The notes under the pieces were generated by a model. The model was not told the DNA's origin. It made no database searches and saw only the letters and a program-made list of their open reading frames with translations. This document shows, piece by piece, positions 39,957 to 54,879 of a stretch of DNA of 64,000 bases. A program made the position numbers and the translations under genes. Every line of letters starts with the position of its first letter. The first letter of the stretch is position 1. This DNA is from Epiperipatus broadwayi (lineage: Eukaryota; Animalia; Onychophora): positions 23,188,001 through 23,252,000 of the forward strand of contig JAQFVV010000001.1 of the NCBI GenBank assembly GCA_028023455.1. Direction: 5' to 3'.

Positions 39957-40639
39957 GGATAAATTTTTAGAGTAATTAGCATTAGATTTTTAATGTTGTG
40001 TTTAATAGTGATGTTCTTGATATCAATATTCTTTTGAATGAATATATGTATAAAATCTGTATATTTGATTAAATTTTGTGTTTTGCATTTTTTTAAAACA
40101 AAGATTACAGAATAAAGCTGAAATGTTTGGGAGTATTTTTATGTAATTCTTATATGAAATTATTATTTTCAATTTTGTTAAGAATAGTGGCATGGTTTTT
40201 GATATATAAAGTATGATAGAGATATAAAGAACATAGTCTTGAATAAATAAATAATTGAATGTTTTAATGCCCAGCATTGCATAAAAAGTTTAAGCTATGA
40301 AAGTATCAGAGTCATGATCTATGGATTTTGTGCTTCAGAATCTATAAATGCTGTACACCACCCAGTGCATTGTCTGGAATAATATTTGAGAACTCTTATT
40401 AAGCCAACTGTTTGGTGATGATGTAATCTTATTCTCTATTGCTTCTGCTTCTTTGTAATATATATATATATAATTCTTCAAAAAACAATATATATATATT
40501 ACAATATATAATACAATATATATATTACAAAGAATCAATAGAGAATAAGATTACACCATATATATATATATATATATTAATTTAAGACATTTAAAATTTA
40601 AAAATGCACATTATTTTTATATCATAAAGAGATTCTATA

Positions 40640-41060
40640 AAAAAAGAAATCTTCAACCACTCAACAAGTGGAATCTAAAAACTGGAAAAGCCTATCTTAT
40701 ATTCCAAAAATTACTCTTAAATTAAAATATATATGTAAAAATAAATTTAATATAAGCTTTTGAACTGCTCTATCACTTAACCAATTAATCAATAACTCTA
40801 AAGACACTATATCAAATGAATCGACATATCCAATGGTCTATAGAATTAAGTGTAGCCAATCAGCTTGTAATGCTGCATATTATGGAGAATCAAAGGCCAA
40901 TTGGTCAACAAGACTTGCTCAACTCAGATATTTATGCAATAGAACCCTCAGAAACAAAAAACACATTTCAATATTTACAGATCATAGCAGAAAACTGGCC
41001 ATAAATTCAAGCTAACAAAAGCAGAGATGGTATACACAGAAAATGAAAGATTAAAGTCAC
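40640..41060 (+). mobile_element. Penelope-like element fragment (GIY-YIG endonuclease)
   Basis: LSYIPKITLKLK...LINNSKD, then ORF 40833-41015 MVYRIKCSQSACNAAYYGESKANWSTR (VVY.I.C..C...YIGET...L.TR pattern). Confidence 0.8.
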
Positions 41061-42039
41061 GTGTGCAATAACTGATAACCTTTTTTCTATTAACAAAAAA
41101 GAAACAAGTGTAAGGATATTTACATTTTAAATTAAAATTGAATACATGAACAGTTAATTAAACATTGATATAAAGCATCATTTAATCACACCACTTTATG
41201 CCATGAATATGATATAGTAAAAATATATTGAAAGAATGTTAGCCGGTAATAAAGCTAAATATTATTAAAAAAACTATTTTTTCTGTATTTTCATTTTACC
41301 AGATATGTTGTCTCAGAAAAAAAGAAAATTAGTAACAATTGAATTTGTATTTAAGTATTAAACATAAAATAATATAAAGAAAATTTAATTATGCTTTTTA
41401 AAAAAAGCAATATAAAAAATGAATAGTTAGTTACATTCGCTTTATTAATAATTGATAATCTTTTAATTAAAAAAGATTTTACTTGATATTCTACAAAAAA
41501 TACAACGCTATATATAGTAAAAATTTATATTATTTTTCAAAAATAAAATTTAAATGATTTTATTCCATAATATTTAAATTAAAATGCTTCTGGTGAAATA
41601 TCAAATGTTATTTGCTAGTGCCCCCCCCCCCTACGTTTTTTATTATTAAACTTACATTGATCTTGGTTAATGATAATTTTTATAGGCATGTTTGTGCATA
41701 TATAAATTCTATTTTTATTTTCCTATTTCTAGTATAAAAAATACGCTTCTGTCTTTCTTTAGAAAAATAAATATAATTCTGGTATAAATAATATATATAG
41801 TTACTTTTTGTCAAACGTAATTATTATAAAGTTAAAATGCTGATTATACTGTCTTGAAAATAGAGTTAGTAAATGTTATATAAATTATGATGTCTTTGCA
41901 ATTATACTATTTTATTGTGGTTTATTAGTATTAAATAAGGCAAAAGTCATTTTTATCTAATTTATCAACTGTTTTCAAATTTTCATTTAATTTAAAAGAG
42001 AAAACTACAATCAACTTCTATCTCAATAAAAGTACATAA

Positions 42040-42470
42040 TTATCAGTGGCAGAAAAAGTCGGTAAATAAATTGGTTAGAAAAAAATGAAAAATAAATACG
42101 AATAATAATAAAAAAGTATAAGAATGAATAATATTTAAAAGAGTATAAGACAACACTAGAGGAAATTTATTGTTAGTATATAAGCTTTGGATACCATGAA
42201 AAGATGGCAAAAATGAAATAAGAATAAATACTTTAAGATTTATATGGAATGGGAAAGAAAATATTGTACATTTATTTTTGAAGTGCAAGATAATGAAGAT
42301 AATATCCGAATAAATTGTATGGAGAATGGAAAAACATAAAAATAAAGAAGGAAAAAACAAATTAAGTTTTTTGTTTAAATCTTTATATCTAGAATGAGAA
42401 TATAATGGTAGAACTAAAGAAACATCATTTATTAAAATTGGTATAAGAAATATGAAAATAATTGTCACTA
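42040..42470 (+). mobile_element. L1/Tx1-like ORF2 C-terminal fragment (zf-RVT)
   Basis: KENIVHLFLKC matches E...HLFF.C. Confidence 0.45.
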
Positions 42471-42766
42471 CTGAAACAAGGAAATAATACTGTAAGCTAT
42501 CAGATGGATTTACTATAATATATAATAGTTTCAGAAGTATGAAATATTTAATTTGGCTAGTAGGATATATTGAATTTATGGCCTATACACAGAACTCACT
42601 GATTTCATCTGTGAAGTCATTTTACATCATATATAAAACATGGGAATTGTAGCTACATTTATTGCTTTACTATTATTATCATTCTTCTTCTTCATTATTA
42701 TTGTTATTGTTGCTATTATGATGATGATGTTTTCAATATAAACTTTATTTATCTCAGAAAGTTTCA

Positions 42767-43262
42767 AGAGTTTTACATAGCTTGATTGCTGTGTTTGCAT
42801 GGGCAATCTGCAGTTGTAGACTTACATATATAAAAGTTGCTTTATTCATTTACACATAAAATTTTCCATGTTGTGGATTAGTTACAAAGATTTTACATAG
42901 CTTGGATTACTGTGTTATACATAGGCAATTGTAGTTGTAGGTGCACATATATAAAAGTTGATTTACATGAGATTACAGAAATTTTTACATGCTGTGGATT
43001 AGTAACAAGGGTTTTACATAGCTTGGATTGTTGTGGTTATGTAGGCAATCCATAGATGTCGATTTATGTATATAAAAGTTGATTTATTGATTTACACAAG
43101 ATTATGAGAATTTTTACATGTTGTGGATTAGTTACAAGAGTTTTATATAACTCTGGATTGCTTTAGTTATGTGAGCAATCCATAGTTGTAGGTTTACATA
43201 TGTAAAAATTGATTTATTAATTTACCCAGGACAGGAGGAATTTTTACAAACAGTGGATTATT
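42767..43262. repeat. ~120-130 bp tandem repeat, 4 copies
   Basis: ttttacatagcttg(g)att...gcaat...gttgtag...tataaaagttg(a/c)ttta...catgttgtggattagttacaa is repeated. Confidence 0.9.
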
Positions 43263-43366
43263 ATTGTTACTATTGTTATTGTTATTGCTATTGTTACTGT
43301 TATTGTTATGTTTGTTATTGATGTTGATGATGTTGCTGTTGTTATTATTATTATTATTATTAATTA
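43258..43366. repeat. Trinucleotide microsatellite (TTA/TTG/CTA)n
   Basis: Directly visible; produces the poly-Asn ORF 43194-43391. Confidence 0.9.
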
Positions 43367-44458
43367 TAAGAATTAAAAATTCTGACCACAACTTTTTTTG
43401 GTCTTTCTATTTTTAATAATCATTTATTTGAGAATGGCTACTAATGAGTAATTTATTTGTTTGTTTTATTGGGGGGAGGATTACAATTAAATATGAATTA
43501 GAATATCCAATAATTCAGACAACTGAGAATGCTGAATCTACTGATACTTTTTGTATAAATATTTTTGAATATCTTGATAGTTTATTATCTTAGAATGACA
43601 TCAACTATAATTTTCTTAATCTTTGAATTGGTTTTTTTAGTAAGCAGCTTTATTCAAGTTTAAGATGAGATGTATGACAGTAGTTGCAATCACATGATGA
43701 TACAAAAGGATTGGAATTGGCCAGATGTGATGTTATGAACAATAGTAACAAGTAAAAATTCCATTAGAACCAGTAGATAATAAATAATGGTTAATTGTTT
43801 CCAGTATTGATGCCTCTACTATAAATTTCCTATTAAGACTTATAGTCCATGACTAGTTAAGTTGTTTTTATGTGTTGAACTCAATAAAATGAATGAATAA
43901 AAAATATATTTTTCAAACAGTTCATAACCTTTTTATTTGTTTAATAAAACAAACTTGCAACCCAATTATATTCCACTTGTTTGTATTACTAATATAACAA
44001 TAAAATTAACATTAATCTCTTTTAATCAGTGAATGTGTGCAATGGAGCCATTAAATCATTATATCCTGATTTCTCCTTCATTACATCATATATTGCATAT
44101 AATAGCTCACATTTTGTTAATAAGCTTTGATTGCAACATAATTATTGAACTATAAGTGTACAGAACTTTTCAACATGTGCCTATATATAACACAGGTATA
44201 TATATAGAATGCATACATACATTAATATTTTAATATAAACAAAATTAAATAATAGTAATGTAATTGTTAACATGATAAATTGAAGGGGTATATACATATT
44301 GTGACCTTCCCAATTGGCACCAGGAAGGAATGTAGGAAGTTGACATTGTGCCAATAGTGATCAGGGGTACCTGATATTAAAAAAAATGAATTGTGATATA
44401 ACAATGTATAATTCAGTTGAAAAGTTCTTAGGATGTTAGTTGGAGCGTACCAATCATT

Positions 44459-44800
44459 AAAGGGGGGTGGATTGTATCAGGAATTGTTGGTATGAAAGCT
44501 AGACTAGTGAGAATAAGTATTATTTGTCTGTAAGACCATGACTGCTTATTCATTAATTTTCTAATCTATTGTTTATTGCCATTCCAAGATCGAACTTGTA
44601 TATGTGGGTGCATGCCCATTCACATCATCTCACACTTCACACCTCATTCATATTTCTAATTATTACTCAGAATATCCATCTTGCAATAACATTATTTATT
44701 TTGCCATAGATATTGTTAATATCTCAGTCATTAATAGACCTCTGGATTAATAGAAAGACAGACGTGCACACACACACTATCAGTTAATATGATTTTTTTT
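44459..44800 (+). mobile_element. PPT followed by a probable LTR remnant
   Basis: aaaggggggtggat is directly followed by TGtatcagg at 44473. No partner LTR found. Confidence 0.35.
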
Positions 44801-47719
44801 TATTTATTGCATAAAATCTTTCATTTGAAACTGTAAAAGTTATTTATTTTTTCTTAGTTAATATTTGTAATTTAATATTTATTTTTTCAATATTCTATTC
44901 CTAACATTTTTTTTTTACAAGTAATAAATTCTTGCATATTGTTGGTCTCATTTATAACTAAAAAAAAGGAGGCATGGCTAAGTAGACAAAAGACTTCAGA
45001 AAAAGTTTTAGAGAAGGTGAAATATTTGTCTAAAAAAAAAGAGAGAAATATAATAAAACAAGTGAACCTAATATTTTCACTAAATTCTTTACTATTTCCC
45101 TTTTACTAAGGAAACCTCATACTACTCAAGCATAAATGCCAACGTGTAATTGTGAAGGATACAGGATAGAATTGTCCAATATGGAAGACTAAACATTTAA
45201 AGGTACACCAGTTCCAACTTTTATCGACTAACAATTTGAATTTGCATTTGTTAATAATGCATGGATATTAAATTGCTATTACAATTTTGCTATAACTTAT
45301 TTATAACAAATAGTGTAATACTGAAATTATGTAAATTAACAATAATGATAATAATTGGAAAAGTTATGCTGAACTGTATAATGGAATATTTTATTGACTC
45401 TCATTTAAGAAGTTTTCTATTTTTATTGTGTGAAATAAGGCTGAAACAGAGAAATTATTCATTCTAATTCTTTACATTATTAGAAAAGCTATGTATACAA
45501 AATTACCTTACCATTCACACCTATATATGAGTGATAGAATGCATGACTTAATGATATTTGATAATTATTTATCAGAAATATGTATAAGCATGGATGACCA
45601 AATAACCCTGATCTTGATCATTATTAAATTTTATTAAATGCTAGAAAATTAAGATCGAACAAAGTTGAAATAGCGTGAATAATTTTATTTGGATGATCTT
45701 GCTGAGCATTGGAGATTTTATGACAAACAACTTGATTCAAATATGTGCAAAAACTGCTTGTAATTTTCATTAGGAAGCCCTAAGAACATTGGAGATTATT
45801 GCTGTCTTGCCAAATTCATGTTTATTCTGCAGGATTAATGTTTATATGTTTTAATGTTTGTTTATTTATTATTATCATCGTGAGCTACATGTATATTTCT
45901 ACTTTTAAAATTTCAAGTATGAACTAAAAAGAAATAAAAAGGGAACTTTTATTTTAATGACAGAAAGTTTGATATGCATTTCTTCCATTGCATATGATAG
46001 TTATGTAGATGTATTTATTTATTTACTTTTTTTCATGTTTAATTTGATATTGATTTGGTTTATTATTATTATGTATTTATATGCCTATCTCCTCTAGAAC
46101 GTCTGGGAGATTTTGGTGTAAGTTATATCAAACTGGTAATATTTTTTTTGTTGTAGTATGTAAAAATATATATTCCCATGCTCATATTATTGGTGCAAAT
46201 TTGCATGCTTTATCATTATTCATTAGTTCGTAGTAACAAATAGATATATGAAAATATTTATGCCAGTATTACCGGATGGTTAGGCTTACTTGATAGTATT
46301 TGCTAATTTGAAATTTGATGTTCATAATTTTTCATAGGTATTAGATTCATTTATAATTTAATTAATGCTAATATAACATTTTATTGTCTGACGTGATTTC
46401 AAAAAGATTTCATACATGATCATATATTCGCGTGTGTGTTCGCTATCAGAAGCTATTCTATAAGAGTTAAATGTATGCTTATTTGTTACCTATCGGTTGC
46501 GGTTGGTGCTATGGGCTAAAGATTGTGAAAATTTAAGAGTTGTTTATGGATTTGTCCTATATGAAATGCCTTAGATACCCTTTGAGTGGAGAGATGATTG
46601 AAAGGATGTAATGCTTATTTTACTTATTTATCTATTGAGCCGTGGGTGGTAGTATATTTCCTTTTTCATAGTATATGATGTGATGATTATATTCCTAAAG
46701 TAAAGTGGTAGAGGTCCCATTTATTTATGATTAATTGGATGGATTCCATGCCATTTGTGTTAGAAAAGTTGGTAGTTTCTAAGTTGATGAATTAAATTGA
46801 TTTTTGAAGTCCTGTTAACCCTCACATGCTCAAATTTATTTGTTAGCATTTTGCTCTCCCTCTTCATTCCACGTATTTATCGTTATGCAGTATATGTTAG
46901 TTATTTCAGATAAATGTTTTAGTGATTTCTGTAATATACTTGAAGTTGGATTAATAATTTAAAGATTGGCTCATTGTACCATCCGTATTGCGAAATTTAT
47001 TCATTCCGCAAGTAAACCGATAGAAATGTAATCAATAAATGCGTTATGATTGTAAATTTATAAATGCGCACACATTCAGAGATATGATAAACTTAGAGAT
47101 ATGGAGGGAGACCATCGCTGGAATTGTAAGTTCTAAGTAGCTTGTCAAATCATATCGCCCACATTATCATTATTTCATTTATTATTATTACTGGTAATTC
47201 ACCCTCCCGGTATGAATGTAATATCGGATTATAAAATTTTACTTTATTTAATGCTCATTTTAATGAAATTATTACTTAATTTCATATAAGTATAAATTTA
47301 TAGGCATACGGAAATAATTTCAATGGCATTAGTGGATTATTTGATACCATTTTCTTAGTTCATTGAGAGCGCAGAATGGGAATAGATGAGATAAACATTG
47401 GTATGTGAATATATAATTATTTTGTATTGCTAAAAATTTAAGAGATAGAGTTATAAATATTATTGAAATAACAGATAAGAAAAAGAGCCTCTAAATATTA
47501 AGTGTATAGGATTTATGTAATTTAAATGTTATTTTATCAAGTTTGTAGTTAATGTGAAATTAATGTTAAACCATCATCAATGTGTTTGTAAAAGAATATG
47601 TCTTGTAATAAGTGTTTATTGAAGTAAGATTCCCTCTGAATTATTTTACTATATATGTTCGATTGACTATTTTTACACACACATATATATATATGTTCAA
47701 CATAATCTAATGGTAGTAC

Positions 47720-47927
47720 TTATCAGTTTAATACTATATGCAATCTATCTAGATAACACTGAATTTATTGATCCAAAACATTGTATAGTGCCAAGATATA
47801 GATTTTACCTTGTTTAAAACTATTATTTATCAGTTTAATAGTATATGCAATTTATTTAAATAATACTGAATTAATTGATCCAAACATTGTATAATGCCAA
47901 GATATAGATTTTACCTTGTTTAAAATA
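47720..47927. repeat. ~107-bp tandem duplication (2 copies)
   Basis: ttatcagtttaata...gccaagatatagattttaccttgtttaaaa occurs at 47720 and 47827. Confidence 0.9.
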
Positions 47928-50900
47928 GATGGTGATGTGAGATAAAAATGCACCCGACCTCTATCATTGTCCATCCTTTATTTCATTATAATAATTGTCA
48001 GTTTCACAATAGTCCTCATTACTTAATAATCATCTTATAATAGGATTGACTTATTATTCATATAATAGAGCCCTGAGATTATTTCATCATTTAAATAAAC
48101 ATTGGTATGGCTGTGCAATCTAAATCAAATGTCTGTAGATTAATTAGTGTTACAGTGATCCCCAAACGTATTAGATGAGTGGGATTGGTCTAGCATGTAC
48201 TTGGATGATGGGAGAATTGAAAATATCATGATTCTTGATTTAATCTATGAATTGCTCTCTTTTGATAACATAAATAAGTGCTTATAGTATAACTAAATAA
48301 ATATTATATAATTATTGTTTATAAATGCTTCTCTCACCCCATTTGCATTCTAGATGACCACGAGACTTTATAACCCCCAAGTGAGCTAAGCTGTAGATAT
48401 TATAATGAGTCTTATCCATAATTAGAGATGCAACCTAAATTATAAATTGTATTCTATGTTGTATAGAATTGGCACCTGAGCATTTATATGTTTATAAAGT
48501 GATATTGGTGTAGATTGTAGAGGTTACAATATATACATGTTTCCTGTGTGTGCTTACCATTCACATTCTCTCAACAAAATTTAATAAAACTTGCTATACC
48601 ATATCTTCTTTAAATAGCAAAATTCTGATTTTCATCACAAATATGTTCAGGGTGATATTCTTCAATTACTTTTTTCTCATATATAAATGTAATAACAGTT
48701 TCTAGTTGTTTTGAAATTTTAAATCTGTATCAAGTTTATTTTATAAAACTTTTAGCATTACATTTAGAAAGACATTTTATTTCATGAAATACTGTAAATT
48801 AAATTCTGAAAGAATAATCAATTGAAATTTTCAACATAATTTAACAGTCTACCCATGATCCTAACCCATGCTTCAAGTAGGTATATTTATGAGCATCGGA
48901 CATGTTTGATCTCAAGCACCAATCTTACTAATTAATAAGAATTATACCCCTCAAAAACAAAAGAAAAGATTCCAGTGTACCTTATCAGTCACCTTATCCA
49001 GACTAGCTCAGTCTCAAGGTCTGGGAGACAATGTCTATCAGGAGAATGGAGCTTAGGTTATCTTAGAAAGAAACATCATTTATACACTTTTATAATTTTC
49101 CTATCTGCCCTAAAAATCTTATTATTACTTTTCTTTTAAAGATATACCACCTTGGATATCAGTAAGCTTTTATAAATAATAACCCAGAAGTTATAAGAAT
49201 CTCATAATTCAAATAAATGTACAAGTTATAGCTTAAAATTCTAATATTTATTAATACACATATATACTAATATCTCAAGCATATGACACAGTCATTTTGA
49301 TACACATATATAATATCAATATACATATTCATGAAAGAGTGCAACTATGCATCAGAGTTGTATTTATTAAATAATTTAATCTATTTTCTATAATTCTTTA
49401 AGTTGGGACATTTCTTAATTTAGTATTAAACTATCATACGTTCATTCCTTAATTTAGATTCTTTGGAAAATGTATCTGCTATTTTTAACCCTATGCCAGG
49501 CAACAAAATTCTGTCTGGTAGCTAATTCCACCTATTTGGTAATTGTGAAAGATTAAGTATAAGCTAAATATATTTTCTGAAGAATTTTAAGATTTCTTAA
49601 GTTCCTTTTCTTTCCAAATGAACTTTTACTTAATAATACATCTTCATATATTCACAGATATGTTCATCTTCATAGGCATGAAATCTTTATTGTTTTTTTC
49701 AAATCATTTTTTTTTCTTTTAGATTATGATTAAATTAAAAGATAATTTTTTCCAGATCCCAAAATTTATTAAATAATATATTTTATATTTTAATATTATC
49801 TAATATCATAAAACTGATGTTTACCTTTATTTAGGCTAAACTGATTGCCAATCTTGGGAAGTAGATTATACCATTAAGAGAATCTGTAAACAATTAGCAT
49901 CTTACTGTACCGGTTGAAATTGTATGTCCATCCAACAAGACCTATAATCTGTGCAAAAGTACCCCAAATCCAGTCATGCTCAAGATACACAGGTCCAGAA
50001 CAATCATGGATTCTAACGTATTTGCCCATCCCCCAAACCTATAACACTATGAACAACATCTCTGGTGATACACCTGAATTTATTTCATTCCAGTCCTGGA
50101 GAGACAGTGAAGAAGCATGATATCTTAAGACTATTGATAATAAAACTATAAGTATGATGGTGATCTCAGGTAACCCAGTGCAACAAGCTTTCAGTATAAA
50201 ATATTATAACTAAATTAAAATTAATAATGATTTGAACAACTTGGATAATGTGATATATATAAATGTTTAATGATTATAAAATAAAGATATTATTATACAT
50301 ATGTGTTTATTTACAAATTTCATGCTAATTCAGTTAACGTATTGTTTATGAGAATATTATATATCATTATGGGACATCATAATGATGATAATGGAATACA
50401 TAATGGATACACAGACATACATGTACAATTTATATTAGTGCAGTTTTCATATATGTCAACATTAAATTAAATAAGTTTTGCACAAATGATTTAATGATAA
50501 AACGTTATTTAGAATCAAGATAAATTAATTAATGACTTTCATGATAGGAAACTTTGTTGTCTGTAAGCACAGCTAATGTAAAATATACATGATCAAGTCA
50601 TGATCAATGCCACTTTAATCATACGAGAAAAGTACATAATATAATCATAATACAAGCAATTCACTCTAAGGCATTTGTTAACTTTATTAAATGGTAGGAT
50701 TGCAATGTTGTTTACAATAAAGATTTGAATACATGAATGTTGTGTATTCAAGATAAGTTTTGTAACAAGTGGTAAAGTTTATACTTATAAATAAAAGAGT
50801 GAATTTTATATGCATCTAGGAATCGCTCACCCAAAGAAAAATAGCTTAAATGCAAGCTTACTCATGACATTCTAAATATAAGAAATTTAATAAATAATAA

Positions 50901-50979
50901 ATGATTTAATGTAATCACAGCATTACAACTTATAGATGTTGCTTAGGCATGAATCTAAATATATAAAGAGCAGTACCAG

Positions 50980-51260
50980 CATGAGTGGCAGAAATAAGAA
51001 TTCGGTCCATTTCGGATAGTGAGTCACTTTTTCATTTATTAAAATATAAGGGTATGCCTGCTCTTCTGGCAGAGTGATACCTGGAGAGGAGGAAGATGTG
51101 GGCCAGATGTCCCAGGGCCATCCCATACAGACCATTCACTACTCTTTCCAAATGTTCTAGGGCATGACCAATGCCATACTATAACATGGAGACTTGAAGG
51201 AGGGGATTCGGAATTCCCAATAATCCTGAACATGGCAGAGCAAAAATGAAAATACCAAGG
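50980..51260 (+). mobile_element. Degenerate Ty3/Gypsy RT fragment
   Basis: SSGRVIPGEEEDVGQM...HYSFQMF*GMTNA resembles SGYWQIP..EED..KTAF...Y.F..MPFGL.NA. Confidence 0.4.
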
Positions 51261-54200
51261 CTGACCTATGCTGGCAACACAGAGAACAAATAAATAAGCC
51301 ATTAACAATGTTTAAATAATTATAGTCTAAGTATAATTTAAAATCAAGTGTAATGGCATGACTGACATACTAAACCACTATAAAATAACTATTATCAAAA
51401 TAATTGAGCGAATGTCAAAACAATAAACAAATATTTTATACCTTCTCTAAGCAGGTCCCATATGCATTTGAAATATGTAAAACAATATTTAATAACTGTC
51501 ATACTAAAAGGCGCTACAGGGAATGGTTATTTAAATTAGAATAGAAGGAGTGACAGTCATTACAATAATCCAAATATTATAAATAAAATTGATTAATAGC
51601 ATTCTTAACTGACAGTAGATTAACATTTAATAAAGATATATGGCAGTATAATAATGATCTGCCTTTAAGCATATAGCATTATTTAATTATTACCTAACCT
51701 AATGAGTGAGATGTGTTATAATAAATGATTTAAATTAAATAAACATCTCTTAAATGATTGGAATTTATAATACTAATATATATTGAAACCAGTTGGATTA
51801 CATATCATACACTAATATAGTGTGTGTGCATATATATATAAAGTTGAAAGGAAAACTAGAAATAAACACAGACATACATTTTTGTAGATATTTTTCTATA
51901 TTTCCTAAAATAAAATAATAATAAGTAAAGGGTTAAATAACTCTAGGTTTAAATTATACTTTTGTTATGGATTAAACTTTTAAAACAGTCTGATAAATAA
52001 TATTTGTAATTCTGATTTTGAAATAATAAAAAAAACAAGCATAATTTATTTGTAAAATCTTTTAATTAAAACTTGTATAAAATATCTTTTTTAATTAATG
52101 CTTACTTGCATTTCTACTACCTAGTTAAAAATCTTTGTATATTAAAAATTCTAAAGGATTATCACACCTTTGGTCAAATTCCAAAGATTAAAGTAAAAAC
52201 ATGAATATCATACTTTGATAGAAATTTCCAGCTTGTTTTCAAATGGATTAGACAGATTGAAAACAGCCACTGTGTTTTTGTCACATGACCTACCCAAGGT
52301 TATAAAAGACTGATAAAAAATATCAGTTAGTTTGGATTGTAGTTTGTTGTAAGAGCTGAACAGAACAGTTTGGCTACTAAAATTTTTTGAGTAAGTGGCA
52401 GCAATTAGCTGACCAAAATAGATAGCTGCAGTTTGTTGACTGTAGCAGAAAGTTGGAAGAATAGCTACCATGAACTGATATAGCTGAAGGCAGGACAGTA
52501 GATCCAGAGCTGTTAATATTTTTCTTCACAGAAGTTTTGATTTACTTGAAGCTGGGTCACTTCTGAATTAATAGCCTGAAAAAAAGAGGACAAAATAGCT
52601 AGCAGAGTTATACAGAGCTCCTATGAAGATCTAAGGGAGTACAATCCAGTAGCTGCCTTATAGTTTACTGCAGAGTTTTGATTCATGAACCAGGGTCACT
52701 TCAAATGGATCAACTAGCTGCTTAAATATGTTCTAGAAGACAGCTTGACAATTGCTTGGACTACAAAAGGAATCTCATGGTATGCCAACAAATTACCTGA
52801 ATTATATACTTTTACCTGATGATGACAACAAACCTGAATTACATTTTTCTGATGGACTAAAAAACCAAGTTTACCAAGAGAAAGCTTGAATAAATTGGTG
52901 TACTTATACTGCTGTTTATCAATACAGGCAGGGAACCACAGATAAACACATCACATGTATATACAATGAGTTATTTTATTTTAATATTCCTTAAAATGAC
53001 TTAAAATTATGAATTAATAACTTAAAATTAAAACAAACAAGTAACATTTGCTTGAGTTGAAATCTAACAGCAATTATATATAATAATGAAGTTTTAAATG
53101 ATTTCTTGGTCTGAAATGACAGATATATAAAACGATTTTATTTTTCATTTATTAAAAAAAAAGAGACATTTTATATTTAGAGACCTTGATAATTAATCAA
53201 CAAGTATCTGTCTAACAAAAGTTGACTTTATTTAGTTTGATAAAAAAAAAACAACAACTTATAAACTGAAACTAAATTTTAAATTATATATTTTGTTTAT
53301 ACACACATATATGTGAGAAATTTATGTATGTTTTCCAAATGAAATCAATTAGGAAAATATAACTATTATTGTAACAAGTTAAAATATGTAACATTTTGTC
53401 AGTGTGTGAATACATGCACACACACATATGTAAATTTTTAAATAGTTATAGTATTTTATATATATATATATACGATTGTAATATAACTCAATTGTACTGC
53501 ATATTTATATGTACACATATATGTCAATGCTTGTCAAATAAGACATATGCAAATTTTAATCATTTTTTGTTATTGAATATTAATTGTATATTGTAAATCG
53601 CGCATCTGTGCACATATATATGTAAACCATAGTAATAACCTGGATTGTGTATTGTAATTTTGTAAAACATAAATGTGATAATTTTTTTTATTGTATAGTA
53701 ATCAAAATCAGAAGGCTTAATTTTTTTTTGTTATTAATAAACTTGTATTTAATTGTTAAAAATTGTTTCCATCATCTCTTGGTCACATACAGTAATAGGG
53801 CTTTGTTCTCTGAGCTAGATTCGTGCACGGGATGAATATATAAATGGGAGTGTGTATATTAGTGCTTTTGGGGCATCCAGAGATGATCAATCATTATCCT
53901 GGTTGGCACAAAAGAGGATACTCTTTAAAGCCCATGCACTATATTTTATTTTAGTTCAGTCTTGTTAAAAATTTAAGTTTATAGTTGGCCAATTTATTAA
54001 TGGTACTAAGTGGCAAGAGCATTGATGATGATCAGCATGTTTTAAATGTCCCAGCATTATTGTTTCAATTTCTGATTCTTATGTATTCTAATGGATTAGC
54101 ACTTAAGTGGTGCATCCAAATTAATGTTTAAATAATTGCCCAAGGTGGCAAAGGCTCAATAGTTAGCCTGGTCTACAGAAGACCCATTTTTGATCCAGTC

Positions 54201-54879
54201 ACAAGGTTGACTGTTGATATCTATTTTTTATTGTTCAAATCCAGCCACAAGATGGACTGTTGATTTTATTCCGATTTATTATTCTGGTGTAGTTGATATT
54301 ATTCCCAACAATGATGATGATGGATGGTTATTTCTCTCGAGTATTTACTTGTACTTATTTTTTAAATGATAATGCTGGTTGATATATGGTTGAATTTATA
54401 ATTATGCTTTTAGTTGCTCTTCTGAGTTATCTGGCTGATCTCTCAATGTTCTGAGAGATTCTCTAATCTCATGCTCTTATAAAATACTATATTAATTATA
54501 TATACTTTGTAAATTATTGGTTTTGTATTGACTTGGGGTTGATGATGATTTTCTATCACCCTAGGTTTTTTCCTTTCTCATATCCCATCCTGTTACAATA
54601 TATATGCTCGCAAAGTTAAACTTAAAATAACAACAATAATAAAATTCTACACACTGAAATATAGAATAAACTTGAAGCAAGATGTAGATGTGAGAGATTA
54701 CATATAGATTTAATAGGGTTATAGAGAGTCATTAGAGAGATTAATTACAAGTAATATAATTGGCCTTAGATTTACCAGCATATTAACACAGATAGAAATA
54801 CATTTATAAAGCTAAATAGGACTTAATAGATAATTATAGCAAATTAAATGAGTCTTTAAGGTGGTATTGAGGTTTACCT

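Noticed and set aside
42767-43262. CRISPR-like array
   Set aside because: Whole units repeat without unique spacers, no cas genes are present, and the context is eukaryotic.
49400-49750. CR1/L2-like 3' fragment (NRWN*LPD); similar weak LINE hints at ~27.1 kb and ~57.0-57.5 kb
   Set aside because: Each rests on a single short motif, too little to annotate without a search.
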